From an uncultured virus (IMG/VR IMGVR_UViG_3300031240_000226) (Duplodnaviria; Heunggongvirae; Uroviricota; Caudoviricetes), in the IMG/VR virus record IMGVR_UViG_3300031240_000226: a stretch of 64,000 nt of DNA. One strand, given 5' to 3'. Each line of letters opens with the position of its first letter. Positions within the stretch are counted from its first letter, which is position 1. Below are positions 37,683 to 48,331 of the stretch, piece after piece. The translations under genes were made by a program, and so were the position numbers. The notes below the pieces were generated by a model. It was not told the DNA's origin and searched no databases. It saw nothing but the letters and a program-made list of their open reading frames with translations.

Positions 37683-38019
37683 GATTGTAGATTATAAATG
37701 AAGCACAACTAGCGATAACGATCAAAATCAAATCAGTATAAACGTAGTAAGTAATTTTAAAAAATGTTTTGTCAATAACACTTCCCGCTATCATCACTCC
37801 TAAAAAGCAAAGTAATGATTTTGTTAATCCTCGAGTATTGTAAAACGCCATCATGCAGAAAAGAAAAAACATAATCTCGTAAACAATATTCCTCTCTGCA
37901 TAGAACTTAACGAACTCTCCACAATCAGTTGTGTCATAAAGATAGCGGAACAATATTGAATTGCCGAAGTAAAGCACGATCAAGACAATTGCCATCGATA
38001 TAATTATTGCTGATTTCAT
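37657..38019 (-). CDS. Multi-TM membrane protein
   Basis: Four hydrophobic segments. Confidence 0.6.
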   Translation of the reverse strand: MKSAIIISMAIVLIVLYFGNSILFRYLYDTTDCGEFVKFYAERNIVYEIMFFLFCMMAFYNTRGLTKSLLCFLGVMIAGSVIDKTFFKITYYVYTDLILIVIASCASFIIYNHDRRMEGV

Positions 38020-38105
38020 TTCTTTGGTGGCGGCGGATCAGGGTTAACAGTATCGTCTTTCTTGATCGGCTTGATCGGTTTCTTAGGTGTTTTTTTCTTT
38101 GCCAT
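38016..38105 (-). CDS. Lys/Pro-rich 29-aa peptide
   Basis: MAKKKTPKKPIKPIKKDDTVNPDPPPPKK; ATGA-coupled to the membrane protein. Confidence 0.55.
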   Translation of the reverse strand: MAKKKTPKKPIKPIKKDDTVNPDPPPPKK

Positions 38106-38117
38106 AAAATTTATGTT

Positions 38118-40244
38118 TTAAAGTACACTATTCGCATTTGCCAACCATCCAAGATAAACTCTTGCTCTGACTCTAGTAATTTCATTCACAGAAGTAACAT
38201 AAGTTAGATATGGAAAAGGATAAAATTTAGCTCCTGCAGCGCCAGTAAAATCTTGTACAAATGGAGTTCCTGAATTTGCACCTCCTATTCTCCAGTTTGT
38301 AACATCATCCCAGAACTGAGCAAGTACAAGAGACTTTGCGGGATCAGAACCACTTGTTGAGTAAAATAAATAACTTGTTTGCCCTCTAAAATCAGCAGCC
38401 ATATTAACTGAAGTATTATCGGCAGGCCTTGCCATATATTGACCTCCAAGGGCTTTCATTTTGTTTAAAAATGTCTCAGCTCCACTGACTTGATTATTGT
38501 AACCAGCATCAATAAGTGTAGATTGTAACCAAGTGAAGTTAAAATCATAACTGATGCCATTTCTATTTAAAGTGTGATTACACACATAACTTGCCAGGTC
38601 ACCAACCGCCTGTGGATGAATAATACCACCAGTTTGATCGCAAGTAGCTGTAGAGAAATTTTGATATTTATAAAAATATGGATTGACTGAACTATCGATG
38701 GTATTTGAATTGATAGTGGCACCATCCACTTTGAAAACCCTTGAATCGTCTCTTGATGTGATTTGGGTGTGGTAAGGGAACCAATATAATGTATCTCCTG
38801 CATGGGCATTTAATCTTAAATGCCATGCCACCTCACCGAAACTATTTGGATCAACTAAAGCAACATCCTGCGTACTCGTGAACAAATCATAGTTAACATT
38901 CTGATTGAATGACAGAACATTCGTCCCAGTAGTTGAGGCATAGATAAAAGGTGATGCGTTTGTGCTTGAGCCATTTGGACTTATCATGCTAATCGCAATT
39001 ACTCTATGGGTACCATAGGTAAGCCCGCTAAATACTTGCTTAGTCTGATTGGTTAAGCTACCCGCACTATAAGTGTCTACAATCACATTCGCAGGAGGAG
39101 AACCAGAATTAGGGCCACTTACATATACATAAGTCCATCCCATTCCATTTGATTGAGTAGTACACTTATGCTGTAATGAAGTGCCAGTGAAGCTGACAAA
39201 GCACCAGTTGGCAATAGCAGCCGCAGCTCCGCCAACATTAAAATTGGTACCCTGAGTTGATGGTATAGGCTGTGGACGCTTACCATAAAATATATTCCAA
39301 CCAGTAAGAGCACCGGCGGTATTAGCAGACGCTATTAAAGTTGCTGTTACTGCTCCTGTGACTGAATTATAAGCAGTTACAATTAAATGACCATCTACAG
39401 CACCTCCGGTCCATTTTAGATAAATCAAAACTTCTTTATTAACAGACCACGTTGAGAAACTTCCTGTTCCTACATTATTTGTGGAAAATCCGTAGACAAT
39501 ACCGTTTACACTATCATATCTATAAACTGCAAATGTAAAAAAGTGCGTAGCATCTCCATAAAAGGTAAGTGTGTCGCTTTCTGAAATACTTAATCCAGTC
39601 CCTATCGCATAAGATGTTATATTAGGATGGGTAGTGGGTATAGAAAACGTACTTGAGAACGCCGCATTAAGTATTACTGAATTATACAATTGAGATAATC
39701 CAGTATCACAAGTAAATGATTTAGTGCTAGGTATCGCAGTATTTGTTGCAATAGAACTTGCAGAAGTACCTATCTGTGCAGTAGCCTCATAATTACTTAC
39801 GGAATTTGTAAACTGAGCATCTGCATAGGTTCCATATTGGAAGTTGTCCATCTTAACAAAATCGTCTTGCGCTCTCTGTAAAGTTGTTCTAAAAAAATGA
39901 ACACCATCACCACTATCTTGAACCATATCCAATGCAACATTCAATGACCAATTAGTATTTGATGTAGATGGTGGAGTTGTAGCATTGGGTCCGGCTGGAC
40001 CATCACTAATAGCATTCACACAAGTCCACAGAATAGTACTTGCTGTAGGATATGTACGAATAGTACCTACTGAGTAATTAGTTCCGCTGGCCCAGTTACC
40101 ATAAGTTCCAGGAACAAGTGTGGACGCTACTTTTATTTTAGTATTAGGAGATCCGTTAGTTCCTTGTCCTAATAAAAAAGAAAGTAATCCATAATTAGGA
40201 CCACCAGAATTAAGGCTTAATGGCCAAGCAGGAATCGGCAGCAT
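38118..40244 (-). CDS. Putative tail fibre/spike or receptor-binding protein
   Basis: 708 aa, S/T/G/N-rich beta composition, in structural module. Confidence 0.6.
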   Translation of the reverse strand: MLPIPAWPLSLNSGGPNYGLLSFLLGQGTNGSPNTKIKVASTLVPGTYGNWASGTNYSVGTIRTYPTASTILWTCVNAISDGPAGPNATTPPSTSNTNWSLNVALDMVQDSGDGVHFFRTTLQRAQDDFVKMDNFQYGTYADAQFTNSVSNYEATAQIGTSASSIATNTAIPSTKSFTCDTGLSQLYNSVILNAAFSSTFSIPTTHPNITSYAIGTGLSISESDTLTFYGDATHFFTFAVYRYDSVNGIVYGFSTNNVGTGSFSTWSVNKEVLIYLKWTGGAVDGHLIVTAYNSVTGAVTATLIASANTAGALTGWNIFYGKRPQPIPSTQGTNFNVGGAAAAIANWCFVSFTGTSLQHKCTTQSNGMGWTYVYVSGPNSGSPPANVIVDTYSAGSLTNQTKQVFSGLTYGTHRVIAISMISPNGSSTNASPFIYASTTGTNVLSFNQNVNYDLFTSTQDVALVDPNSFGEVAWHLRLNAHAGDTLYWFPYHTQITSRDDSRVFKVDGATINSNTIDSSVNPYFYKYQNFSTATCDQTGGIIHPQAVGDLASYVCNHTLNRNGISYDFNFTWLQSTLIDAGYNNQVSGAETFLNKMKALGGQYMARPADNTSVNMAADFRGQTSYLFYSTSGSDPAKSLVLAQFWDDVTNWRIGGANSGTPFVQDFTGAAGAKFYPFPYLTYVTSVNEITRVRARVYLGWLANANSVL

Positions 40245-40789
40245 CAGTAATCAATTTGGAATGAAATTGCAGCACCGGCAGTAGTTACATCGTAAGTCAC
40301 AGGAGCCCCGCCATTAAGAAATGTTTCACCAGAAACAAAGGTCTGCTCAGAGAGAATCGCATTTGCTGATCCAACAGATTTTGCGTAGATCATTTTCCAT
40401 TGGTTTTTTTTGATGATATAAAAATTTCCGTTCACACTTGATGGAAACGCGGCTTCAATTTCTAATCGCGTGTTACTGAAAACTTTGGTGATTCTGCGGA
40501 TCATTTGGCCCGCCGAATTGATTGCTAGATAATCTCCAGGTTCTACTTGCCCCGTAAATTTTGTTTTTGACCCAATTTGAGTGTCGTTTAAAAAAAGAGT
40601 ATTGGTTCCAATAACCAGTGTGCCATTTGTCAAATCATTGTTGATTGAGTTAACGGTTCCTGTTCCTTGTTGTGGAACTGGCAGTGAACCTTGCGATGGC
40701 AGAGCACCTAAGATAGGATGGGTAATTGCCCCATTCATATATATCCGATAGGTTTCTTTCTCTGCGTTAAGTGCTCCTACGTTTAACAT
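40244..40789 (-). CDS. Putative structural (tail-associated) protein
   Basis: GTGTV...VIGTNTLF fibre-adaptor-like motif. Confidence 0.55.
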   Translation of the reverse strand: MLNVGALNAEKETYRIYMNGAITHPILGALPSQGSLPVPQQGTGTVNSINNDLTNGTLVIGTNTLFLNDTQIGSKTKFTGQVEPGDYLAINSAGQMIRRITKVFSNTRLEIEAAFPSSVNGNFYIIKKNQWKMIYAKSVGSANAILSEQTFVSGETFLNGGAPVTYDVTTAGAAISFQIDY

Positions 40790-40816
40790 GGCATTATTGT
40801 TTGGTTATAAATTTAG

Positions 40817-43800
40817 TCAAATTTTTGGTTTTGATTTATTCAGTTTCTTATTCAGGCTTCGCAATTCTATTGGCTTACGGAATTTGAATTGCACATTCAT
40901 TCCTTTCGAAATCATGAATTTTTCTTTTCCTACTTCATATCCTTGATCGTAGCGCATCTTCAATTCATCCTTAGAAATTTTATCTGTAGAATTGACATAC
41001 GCCGATACCAGTGCAGCGCGCTCCTTCCCGACATCAATACTTAACTCCGCATACTCTTTCGGCGTTAATTGTTTCTTCTCTCCTTTGACCGTAATACTTC
41101 GCTGAGGCATCGATGGAAGCCAGTCGGCATCATAATCCGATTTGAAGGCATTATAGATTTTGTACCGGAAGTCGTTGGTGCGGATATCCTTGAATTTTGA
41201 AGGATCAAAGAGATAAAAGGCGTATTTGCTGCGGCCGTCAGGATTTCCAGTTACTTTATCTCCCCAAAGGCTCACTTTTGGAGGTAATTCGTCGCCCATG
41301 AACATTTTGGCCTTGTACACATTTTTGAGGCGAGTTAGAAATTCTGGGTCCATGGTATCGCGTAGATAGTCATCGGAAGCCTTGGCTACCGTAGCAATGG
41401 TATTCGGATAAAGGATACTTCCAACGGATTCAGTTGTTTTCACCAGCCAGGTATCCATGGTCTTCTGATCTCCTGATTTTAGAGCCTCGAGGGCAGAACT
41501 GGTGCCCTGAAGAAAAGACTGTTCAATAGTGGAAGATGCCACGCGGGGCGCTGATTGCATCATGTCCATTATAAATGTTTCAGGACCGCCAGAGATATCT
41601 CCATGGTCCGCGATACGCTCTTTATAAATGTTCGAGTAATTATCCAGGCAAATTCCGGCCACTCCCATCTTCGCATAACTCACCCAAGTATCGCCATCGC
41701 GGATATCCCAGCCTTGTCCCACAAGCCCTCGAGATAGGGCGGAGGTATTGATTGAATTTGGCGGCGGGGTTTTATCCAATTGGAAATCCCGCTTTTTCTT
41801 GTCCTTGTCATCATCGCCGGTGAGCAATCCCTTCAAAAATAGGCTTGTTGCAGCCTTCCAAAGCATTGTGCCTACGACGGCCTTACCTACTAAAACTGAC
41901 CCAGAACGCTTATTCCCTTTGGCAATTTGATAGATGCCAGTGGCTAATGTTGCTGGTGGCGCCGCATACTGGATAGTCTCAATAATCAGGTTCAATGGCG
42001 TTTTTACGAAAGGAATCTGAGATTTCAGAATGACCTTAGCTGGTCCTCCGATAACCGGAATAGTGGATACGAAATTTAAGAACTGAGTTAAGGCATTTTG
42101 AACGATCTTACCGCCTTCAGTTGATTGCTGAAAAGTGGCTTCCTGACCTGATTTGACTATTTCTGCCTCAGATTCAGCATCTGGCAGTAGGATAAATTTC
42201 TCCAATTCTTTTCCTTTCAAGCCCTTTTTAGCCCCTATTTCCATTACCCGGGCTAACTCCGCCGCACGCTTGAATGGCTTATCCCCTAGATTCAACAATC
42301 TGAATACAGTCTCGGCCTCCCAGCCGATGGTACCTTCGATGTAATCATTGGCTTTCTGTTTTACAGTTCTGTCGGCATCTGACCAGCGATCGACCGCTTT
42401 GCCAGGATTGAATTTAGAATGAATCTCACGCAGATTCATTTCATCCGACTGCGTTCCGGTCTTCAGTTGATGTAATCCCTCCAAGGTGCCGTTCCACATG
42501 CCTTGAAAATATCCTTTCTGAATGGCCACGAAATCTATTGAGCGATCGGCAACGGCCTTTGGCATCAACCCAATCTTAGCCATCTTCGACATTCCGTAAT
42601 CAAGCATCGACGCAATCCCAAGTGACGCGGATCTCAATGGAGAGTATGTCACGTTGTACCACACGTTCGAAACGAGCGACATTGTTGACATCAAATTCGC
42701 CTGCATCACCGCAATCAAAGTATCCCATACATCAGCTGGTGCTTGAGAATACTCCTGTAAATCTTTATTTGCCTGGAGTGCGGCTTGCCTTAAACCCTTC
42801 ATCTTCTCGATGTTCTCGCGAGTAAATTGATCAGCTGGTAATGCTCTTAACTGATCATCAAATTTTTCACTCTCAGCGATGGTTTTAGCCAGTTTTCTAA
42901 TCTTTGCACGATCTTCAGAAGTGAATTCGCGAAATCCCAATTTAGAAGCGTAGATTTCATCGAACTTTTTATCTGTCAATTCTCCTTTATTGAAAGCATC
43001 AACGACTTTGTTAATGAAGTCTATTTTCTTCTTGCCGAGAATTTTTGGTGTTTGAATCTTTGAAGGATCAATATCGGATGCATTGATCTTCTTTTTAGGA
43101 ATACTATCCTTGATCTTCTTCACTTCCGGCGTAAACTCATCACGGAATTTCTGCTCATCAAACGGTTCTTTCTGATTGGCTTTGATGTGATCAATTCCAG
43201 CCTGAATTGCATTGGCAACATCAGCGCCGGTGAGGACTGCCTGTTTGATTACATCCACCGCTGCGTTCCATACGTGCGGCAATACTCCAATTGGTAGCAG
43301 TGCAGCTGAGGCAATGTTATTTTTGGTATCGACCTTAAGTTTGTCGAAGAAGTCGCCAATCTCCTTACGTTTTTCCTTAGTAATCAATTTAGCGGCCTCT
43401 AGGCGTTCTTCAACCGTAGACTGTACTTTCTCTTCAACCAGGCGGCGAAACTCGGCCTCAAGTTGTGCCTTAGTCTTCCCGCGGTCAATATCAGTGAGTG
43501 CCGAATCTTGGTTCCGTTGTTGCTGGCGTTCGATGGCAAGGACGATCTGGTCCTCACCTGAAGATGTGATCATTTTCCAGAACTTACCGGCATTTGCAGC
43601 CCGGCCTGCCTGCATTAAGAAGTTCTCAGCCCAAATTGCAACATCGACTGCTTTTACATTCTGGCCATTGGCAGCATAAGTCTCGTAAAGTTTACCGCTC
43701 AATACTACCCGGGTATCTCCAGTGAGCCCGTTGTTCGGATCCTTGATCATCAATTCGATCTTGTCCGTACCATGATGATCGATTAAGTCCTGAGCTTCTT

Positions 43801-46441
43801 GCTCGGTTACATTTAAGCCTTTGGGGATATAGGTATCACCTTGTTCTTTGATTCCGCGTTTGATTTCAGGATTGGCATCAGAAGCCTCGATGCGTTTGGC
43901 TACAGCGAATTGCTTGCCTTTGGGAGATTCATTAACGTTTCCGCCAATATTCTCTTTTCCTGGGGGGACAACGGCTCCCTCAGTTGCTTGTACGGGCTGT
44001 TCTTCACTATTTGAGTATTTAATTTTCTGACTATTGAAGTGTTTTTGGCTTTCTTCGTCCACAAAAGGATTTTCACGGTCAAGCATGGGATCTATGTACC
44101 GAATATTTCCGTCTTCGTCTTTGATTACATTTTCACCATGCACATCGCTAATCCTTACGCCTAATTCAGGATTATAAAATTGATTTTCACCAAGAGAACC
44201 ATCTGGGTGTATCTGGAAAAACCCTCGTTTTGCTAGGTCTTCAATTAATTCTTTTCTCGAAACTGGCGTGCCTTTAATATAAGGTTGTTCTGATACTGCC
44301 GATAATCTTCCTCCGGATTTGGTAAATCCGACTAACTTGTAGGCTTCATCTGGAAATAATTCCTTCTGAAGGTTAAGTCTATCCCAAAATTCACTCCATG
44401 AACTATGGTTAGATAAGCCATTTACTTTTATGACTTTATCACCTTCTTTATTTAGATAAACGTCTTGTTCGGTTCCACCATCAATTTTTTCACCGAATGT
44501 TTCTTTTGGATTCTCAATGAAACTTCCTGTTTTTTTAGAATACGCCTCAAGTTGCTGGTCTTGTTCTTTCTTTATTTCCCTTGCGCTTCTCTGTGATCCC
44601 TCAGTTGTTGGGCTTGCTTCTTGAACTCCTCTCGTGATACTTTCGGCATCCTCTTGTTGGCTTCCGCTGTTCTTTTGTTCTGTTCCTGGTGATATGGTGT
44701 TAATTTCATTTTGTGTGGGGTTTACTTCATTCCGTATTTCCGTTCCTTCTTTTCCAATTTCTTCGACTCCTTTTTCTCCTTGGACTTGCTTTCCTTCTTC
44801 TCCGACTTTTTGGTCTTGTTGTAACTGGGTATTATTTTCATTTTGTGGTGATTTACCTTCTTTAATAATATTATTTGCATCAACTGGCGTGAGATTGGAT
44901 ATTTCTTCTTTTGAATATCCCAATCCATCAAGTTCTGCTCGCATTTTATGAGTCATCATTAATGGAACAGATGCTTCATTTGTTACTTTTTCTTCTTGCC
45001 CGCTGCTTGGGGATGTGCTTTGAACCACTCCACCACCGCCAGCCTCTTGTGGGCTTCCGCTTTCGACAGGTTTGGCTTCGACAGGTTCTTCCCCTTTTCC
45101 GACTTCACTTGGAATCCCGAGTTTGTTTTCACTATCATTTTTTACCCCCTCCTCCGGGGCTTGTTTTACAGATTCAATAATTTTTGCTGCCTGCTCTTTG
45201 ATTGTTCTAACATCATCAGTGGAAGCAATTTGATCTTTCGCATTGCTGATTGCCTGATGCGGTGTTACCGCATTGATAGCCGTGGATCCGAATAGTCCGC
45301 CAGCGGCTTCATCAATTCGTTTCGAAAAATTTGTAGTCCACGCATTTTGAAATGCTTCGATCTGAGATTTACCGGCACCCTTAGCCCCACCGGTTTCTTC
45401 CAATGATCCCTGGATAGGTTCGGTAATTGTCTCCCCTGTTGTCGCAATAGCCTGTTTCAAGAATGGAGCCCCTCCCTTGCGGACCATGGTAACTAAATTC
45501 TCGGCAGATAAACGATCAAGCCCAGCTGCTGCGATAGCATACAATTGTCCTTTGGCTGGTTTATCCAGATTTTGTTTAATGACTTCCTCCCGACTGATTC
45601 CATGCTTCTGAGCTAAAGCATCCAATTGATTATCATACACCGATGCCGCTTCCATCATCTCACCAGATAATCCCTTGGTTAAAATTGTCAATGGAATTTG
45701 CCATAATCCCTGAGCACCGAGATTCACCGCATATTCAACCGCTTCTTTTGGAGATGTGATTTGCTTGTACGACTGAGGGATTCCAGCCAACGTCTCACCA
45801 GACTCCTTATTTTTTTGTTGAACGAATTGTTCTGTCTCTAATCGACTCTGAATTATGCCCGGCAAATTCTTTTCAATAGTTGCTTTTACATCTGGATGCT
45901 TCTCATTGATGAATCCCTCTTTGTGTTTCTCGATGTACTTATCAATATCGAATGGCTGATACCATTTCAGATCAGGTTCTTTTGCGCGAACATACTTTTG
46001 GAATTCAGTTGGCTTTTTGTTCTTGATGAATTCCTCAGTGTTAGCCGATTGCAATGCTGACTTTCCAACCTCAACAGCTTGGGCCAAGTTCTTTGGAATC
46101 TGTTCAGTGAATCCCGAATACAGTTGCTTCCCAGCGGTAAGCAATCCAGTAGCAAATGTCTTCGCTAAAACATTGGACCCATATTCTTTCTCGAGTTGCT
46201 TAAGATCGGGGACATCGGTAGGACTTCCGGAAGGCTTTGTTACCAGCTCTGATGCCGCGCCATACTCTTCCCAACCAGCTGCTGTGGAAGGCTTTTGAGA
46301 TTCTGGAACGCTTACGGTATTGTCTTTTTTTTTTACACCACCGAATTTCTCCCATGGCTTTGATTCAGGCATAGGAGTTTCCTCTACCGGAACTTCGATA
46401 TCCTTTGATCCATTAAATTGCTCCCATGGCTTTTTGCCCAT
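40817..46441 (-). CDS. Large ejection/internal virion protein with embedded polyvalent-protein kinase domain
   Basis: 1874 aa; GGTEQDVY, VIKVN, LFP..AY.LVGF, EQPYI, DVHGENV, YIDP at ~44085-44490; helical C-terminus with PFVKTPLN. Confidence 0.75.
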   Translation of the reverse strand: MGKKPWEQFNGSKDIEVPVEETPMPESKPWEKFGGVKKKDNTVSVPESQKPSTAAGWEEYGAASELVTKPSGSPTDVPDLKQLEKEYGSNVLAKTFATGLLTAGKQLYSGFTEQIPKNLAQAVEVGKSALQSANTEEFIKNKKPTEFQKYVRAKEPDLKWYQPFDIDKYIEKHKEGFINEKHPDVKATIEKNLPGIIQSRLETEQFVQQKNKESGETLAGIPQSYKQITSPKEAVEYAVNLGAQGLWQIPLTILTKGLSGEMMEAASVYDNQLDALAQKHGISREEVIKQNLDKPAKGQLYAIAAAGLDRLSAENLVTMVRKGGAPFLKQAIATTGETITEPIQGSLEETGGAKGAGKSQIEAFQNAWTTNFSKRIDEAAGGLFGSTAINAVTPHQAISNAKDQIASTDDVRTIKEQAAKIIESVKQAPEEGVKNDSENKLGIPSEVGKGEEPVEAKPVESGSPQEAGGGGVVQSTSPSSGQEEKVTNEASVPLMMTHKMRAELDGLGYSKEEISNLTPVDANNIIKEGKSPQNENNTQLQQDQKVGEEGKQVQGEKGVEEIGKEGTEIRNEVNPTQNEINTISPGTEQKNSGSQQEDAESITRGVQEASPTTEGSQRSAREIKKEQDQQLEAYSKKTGSFIENPKETFGEKIDGGTEQDVYLNKEGDKVIKVNGLSNHSSWSEFWDRLNLQKELFPDEAYKLVGFTKSGGRLSAVSEQPYIKGTPVSRKELIEDLAKRGFFQIHPDGSLGENQFYNPELGVRISDVHGENVIKDEDGNIRYIDPMLDRENPFVDEESQKHFNSQKIKYSNSEEQPVQATEGAVVPPGKENIGGNVNESPKGKQFAVAKRIEASDANPEIKRGIKEQGDTYIPKGLNVTEQEAQDLIDHHGTDKIELMIKDPNNGLTGDTRVVLSGKLYETYAANGQNVKAVDVAIWAENFLMQAGRAANAGKFWKMITSSGEDQIVLAIERQQQRNQDSALTDIDRGKTKAQLEAEFRRLVEEKVQSTVEERLEAAKLITKEKRKEIGDFFDKLKVDTKNNIASAALLPIGVLPHVWNAAVDVIKQAVLTGADVANAIQAGIDHIKANQKEPFDEQKFRDEFTPEVKKIKDSIPKKKINASDIDPSKIQTPKILGKKKIDFINKVVDAFNKGELTDKKFDEIYASKLGFREFTSEDRAKIRKLAKTIAESEKFDDQLRALPADQFTRENIEKMKGLRQAALQANKDLQEYSQAPADVWDTLIAVMQANLMSTMSLVSNVWYNVTYSPLRSASLGIASMLDYGMSKMAKIGLMPKAVADRSIDFVAIQKGYFQGMWNGTLEGLHQLKTGTQSDEMNLREIHSKFNPGKAVDRWSDADRTVKQKANDYIEGTIGWEAETVFRLLNLGDKPFKRAAELARVMEIGAKKGLKGKELEKFILLPDAESEAEIVKSGQEATFQQSTEGGKIVQNALTQFLNFVSTIPVIGGPAKVILKSQIPFVKTPLNLIIETIQYAAPPATLATGIYQIAKGNKRSGSVLVGKAVVGTMLWKAATSLFLKGLLTGDDDKDKKKRDFQLDKTPPPNSINTSALSRGLVGQGWDIRDGDTWVSYAKMGVAGICLDNYSNIYKERIADHGDISGGPETFIMDMMQSAPRVASSTIEQSFLQGTSSALEALKSGDQKTMDTWLVKTTESVGSILYPNTIATVAKASDDYLRDTMDPEFLTRLKNVYKAKMFMGDELPPKVSLWGDKVTGNPDGRSKYAFYLFDPSKFKDIRTNDFRYKIYNAFKSDYDADWLPSMPQRSITVKGEKKQLTPKEYAELSIDVGKERAALVSAYVNSTDKISKDELKMRYDQGYEVGKEKFMISKGMNVQFKFRKPIELRSLNKKLNKSKPKI

Positions 46442-46444
46442 AAC

Positions 46445-48331
46445 TTATTTTTTCTTCCAACTTTCTTCTTTACCAGGATCACCACCCAAAAACTCATATC
46501 CGTCAATAACGGTTCCTTTTGCAGGGACCTTCACTTTGGGAGTCACCTTAGCCAACTCCTTCGGGTTCTTCTGCCAATAATCTTTCACCGCTGGCCGTTC
46601 AATAACATGAGACTGCTTAATCCGTTCATCTATTGCGTCTTTCAGTGGCGAGAAATGTTTCAGTACTTTTGGCGAGTAGGGATTCATTCCAGTCAATCCT
46701 TTTATCTGTTGTGAGTTAGGATCATCTTGATCGATAGGTATCAACTCATTCTGAACTACATCAACGCCAAGATATTTCTGAATCAATTCCGGTGACAATT
46801 CAGCATCAGCATTTATCTGTTGCAGAATATTTTGTGTGTCCGTCAATTCCTGTTGCGCTGTCGTGTCATTCGGATTAGTTGCCACCTTCTGTTTCAGTTC
46901 GGCTACCTTCACATACGCATTATCCAAAACCTGCTTCTTGTTTACCGATTGTCCACGCATCGCAATCTTTGTACCTACTATTCCGCCCGGGCCAAATTCT
47001 GATGCTGGTAATTCTTTAATTTTAGCGGCAAGTTCTTCTGGAGATGAAGCCTGAATGTCTACTGGCGTTCCATCGGCTTTCACTGGTACCAACTGAATAC
47101 CGCCATTCAATACAAATTCTCTCGGCAACTTGTTAGTAACTACTTTCCCGTTATCAAGATTGTATCTCAAATTCGAAGCGGTTGAAATTCTAAGATAAGG
47201 ATTGGTTGGACTCTTTGGATTGATAATCGCAATACTCGGTGATGAGAAATTCTTATTTTCAAATCCTTCCGCTACCTGAATGTTCTTGTTAGTAATTCCC
47301 CATGCGTGACTATTGCTAGAACCCGACAAATCAGTATCAATCTTCGACAAAATATGTGCATGACTTTTTATGTCATTGCGAGCCATCTCACGTATACGTT
47401 CATTCAAATCCAACGGCTTCGTGATCGAATTATCATTCACATCGCGAGTTTCACCTACCGCATTAGGATGTGGATTATGTATCTGTCCATCGATGACCCC
47501 TGAAAGAATATCTCCTTCAGACATTCCATCCATCCAATTCGGATCATGTGCCCGGTTCTGCGCAATCTCATTCTGCAATTGCTCAATGGCCATGTGAGTG
47601 TAATAAGGCTTAACGCTTGGATGGCTTCCAAGGTATTCGCCTACGTGCTCATTGGTGATATCAGGAATACCATTCTTGTTAACAAATGGCGATGTCATCA
47701 ACGTGCTACTTTTTATTCCATTTGCACCAGTGTATGAATTTTCTTTTGTTTTATCCTTGAATGTTTGAATCCAATCACCAAGCTGTTCGCCATGTTTAAA
47801 TGTTTGCTTGATATCCTGGGGATGCCCAATATCTCCACGATTATTTGAGATGGCCGACTCATCAGCATTCAACTCATCTTCAAGCGATAGTCCGCGCTGA
47901 GGTATTGTTGAATTAATCTTCTCGATATTCACCGTTGGATTATAATACTTATCCGCTGCAGCCTTCGCGTGCTCTTCTGTTAATTGGCGCTTCATTTCTT
48001 CACGATGCGCAATACCTCTTTGATTAAGATTTTGCAATTCCTGCATTTTGAGTTTTGTCTTCGGTGTGATCACGCCGAACTGCATTAAATCCTGTTGTGC
48101 GTTTTTGGTGAGATTATACGCTTCACCTTGGATTAATCGATCGTATTTTGGGACCGTAGTGGATCCATGGAATTTTTTGATATCCTCAAAATCTTGTGCG
48201 GCTCTTTGGCGTGCAAATAGGTCTTGACGCGCGCGCTGGTTACTTAATTGGGCGAGAACTCCAAGCGTCTTCGGCGTTTCGATAACCGGAGATTCATAAG
48301 GTTTTTCGTTTTGAAATTCTCTGTAAGCCAT
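46445..48331 (-). CDS. Putative ejection/internal virion protein
   Basis: 628 aa; C-terminal GYEFLGGDP...WKK motif; position between nozzle and large protein. Confidence 0.6.
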   Translation of the reverse strand: MAYREFQNEKPYESPVIETPKTLGVLAQLSNQRARQDLFARQRAAQDFEDIKKFHGSTTVPKYDRLIQGEAYNLTKNAQQDLMQFGVITPKTKLKMQELQNLNQRGIAHREEMKRQLTEEHAKAAADKYYNPTVNIEKINSTIPQRGLSLEDELNADESAISNNRGDIGHPQDIKQTFKHGEQLGDWIQTFKDKTKENSYTGANGIKSSTLMTSPFVNKNGIPDITNEHVGEYLGSHPSVKPYYTHMAIEQLQNEIAQNRAHDPNWMDGMSEGDILSGVIDGQIHNPHPNAVGETRDVNDNSITKPLDLNERIREMARNDIKSHAHILSKIDTDLSGSSNSHAWGITNKNIQVAEGFENKNFSSPSIAIINPKSPTNPYLRISTASNLRYNLDNGKVVTNKLPREFVLNGGIQLVPVKADGTPVDIQASSPEELAAKIKELPASEFGPGGIVGTKIAMRGQSVNKKQVLDNAYVKVAELKQKVATNPNDTTAQQELTDTQNILQQINADAELSPELIQKYLGVDVVQNELIPIDQDDPNSQQIKGLTGMNPYSPKVLKHFSPLKDAIDERIKQSHVIERPAVKDYWQKNPKELAKVTPKVKVPAKGTVIDGYEFLGGDPGKEESWKKK

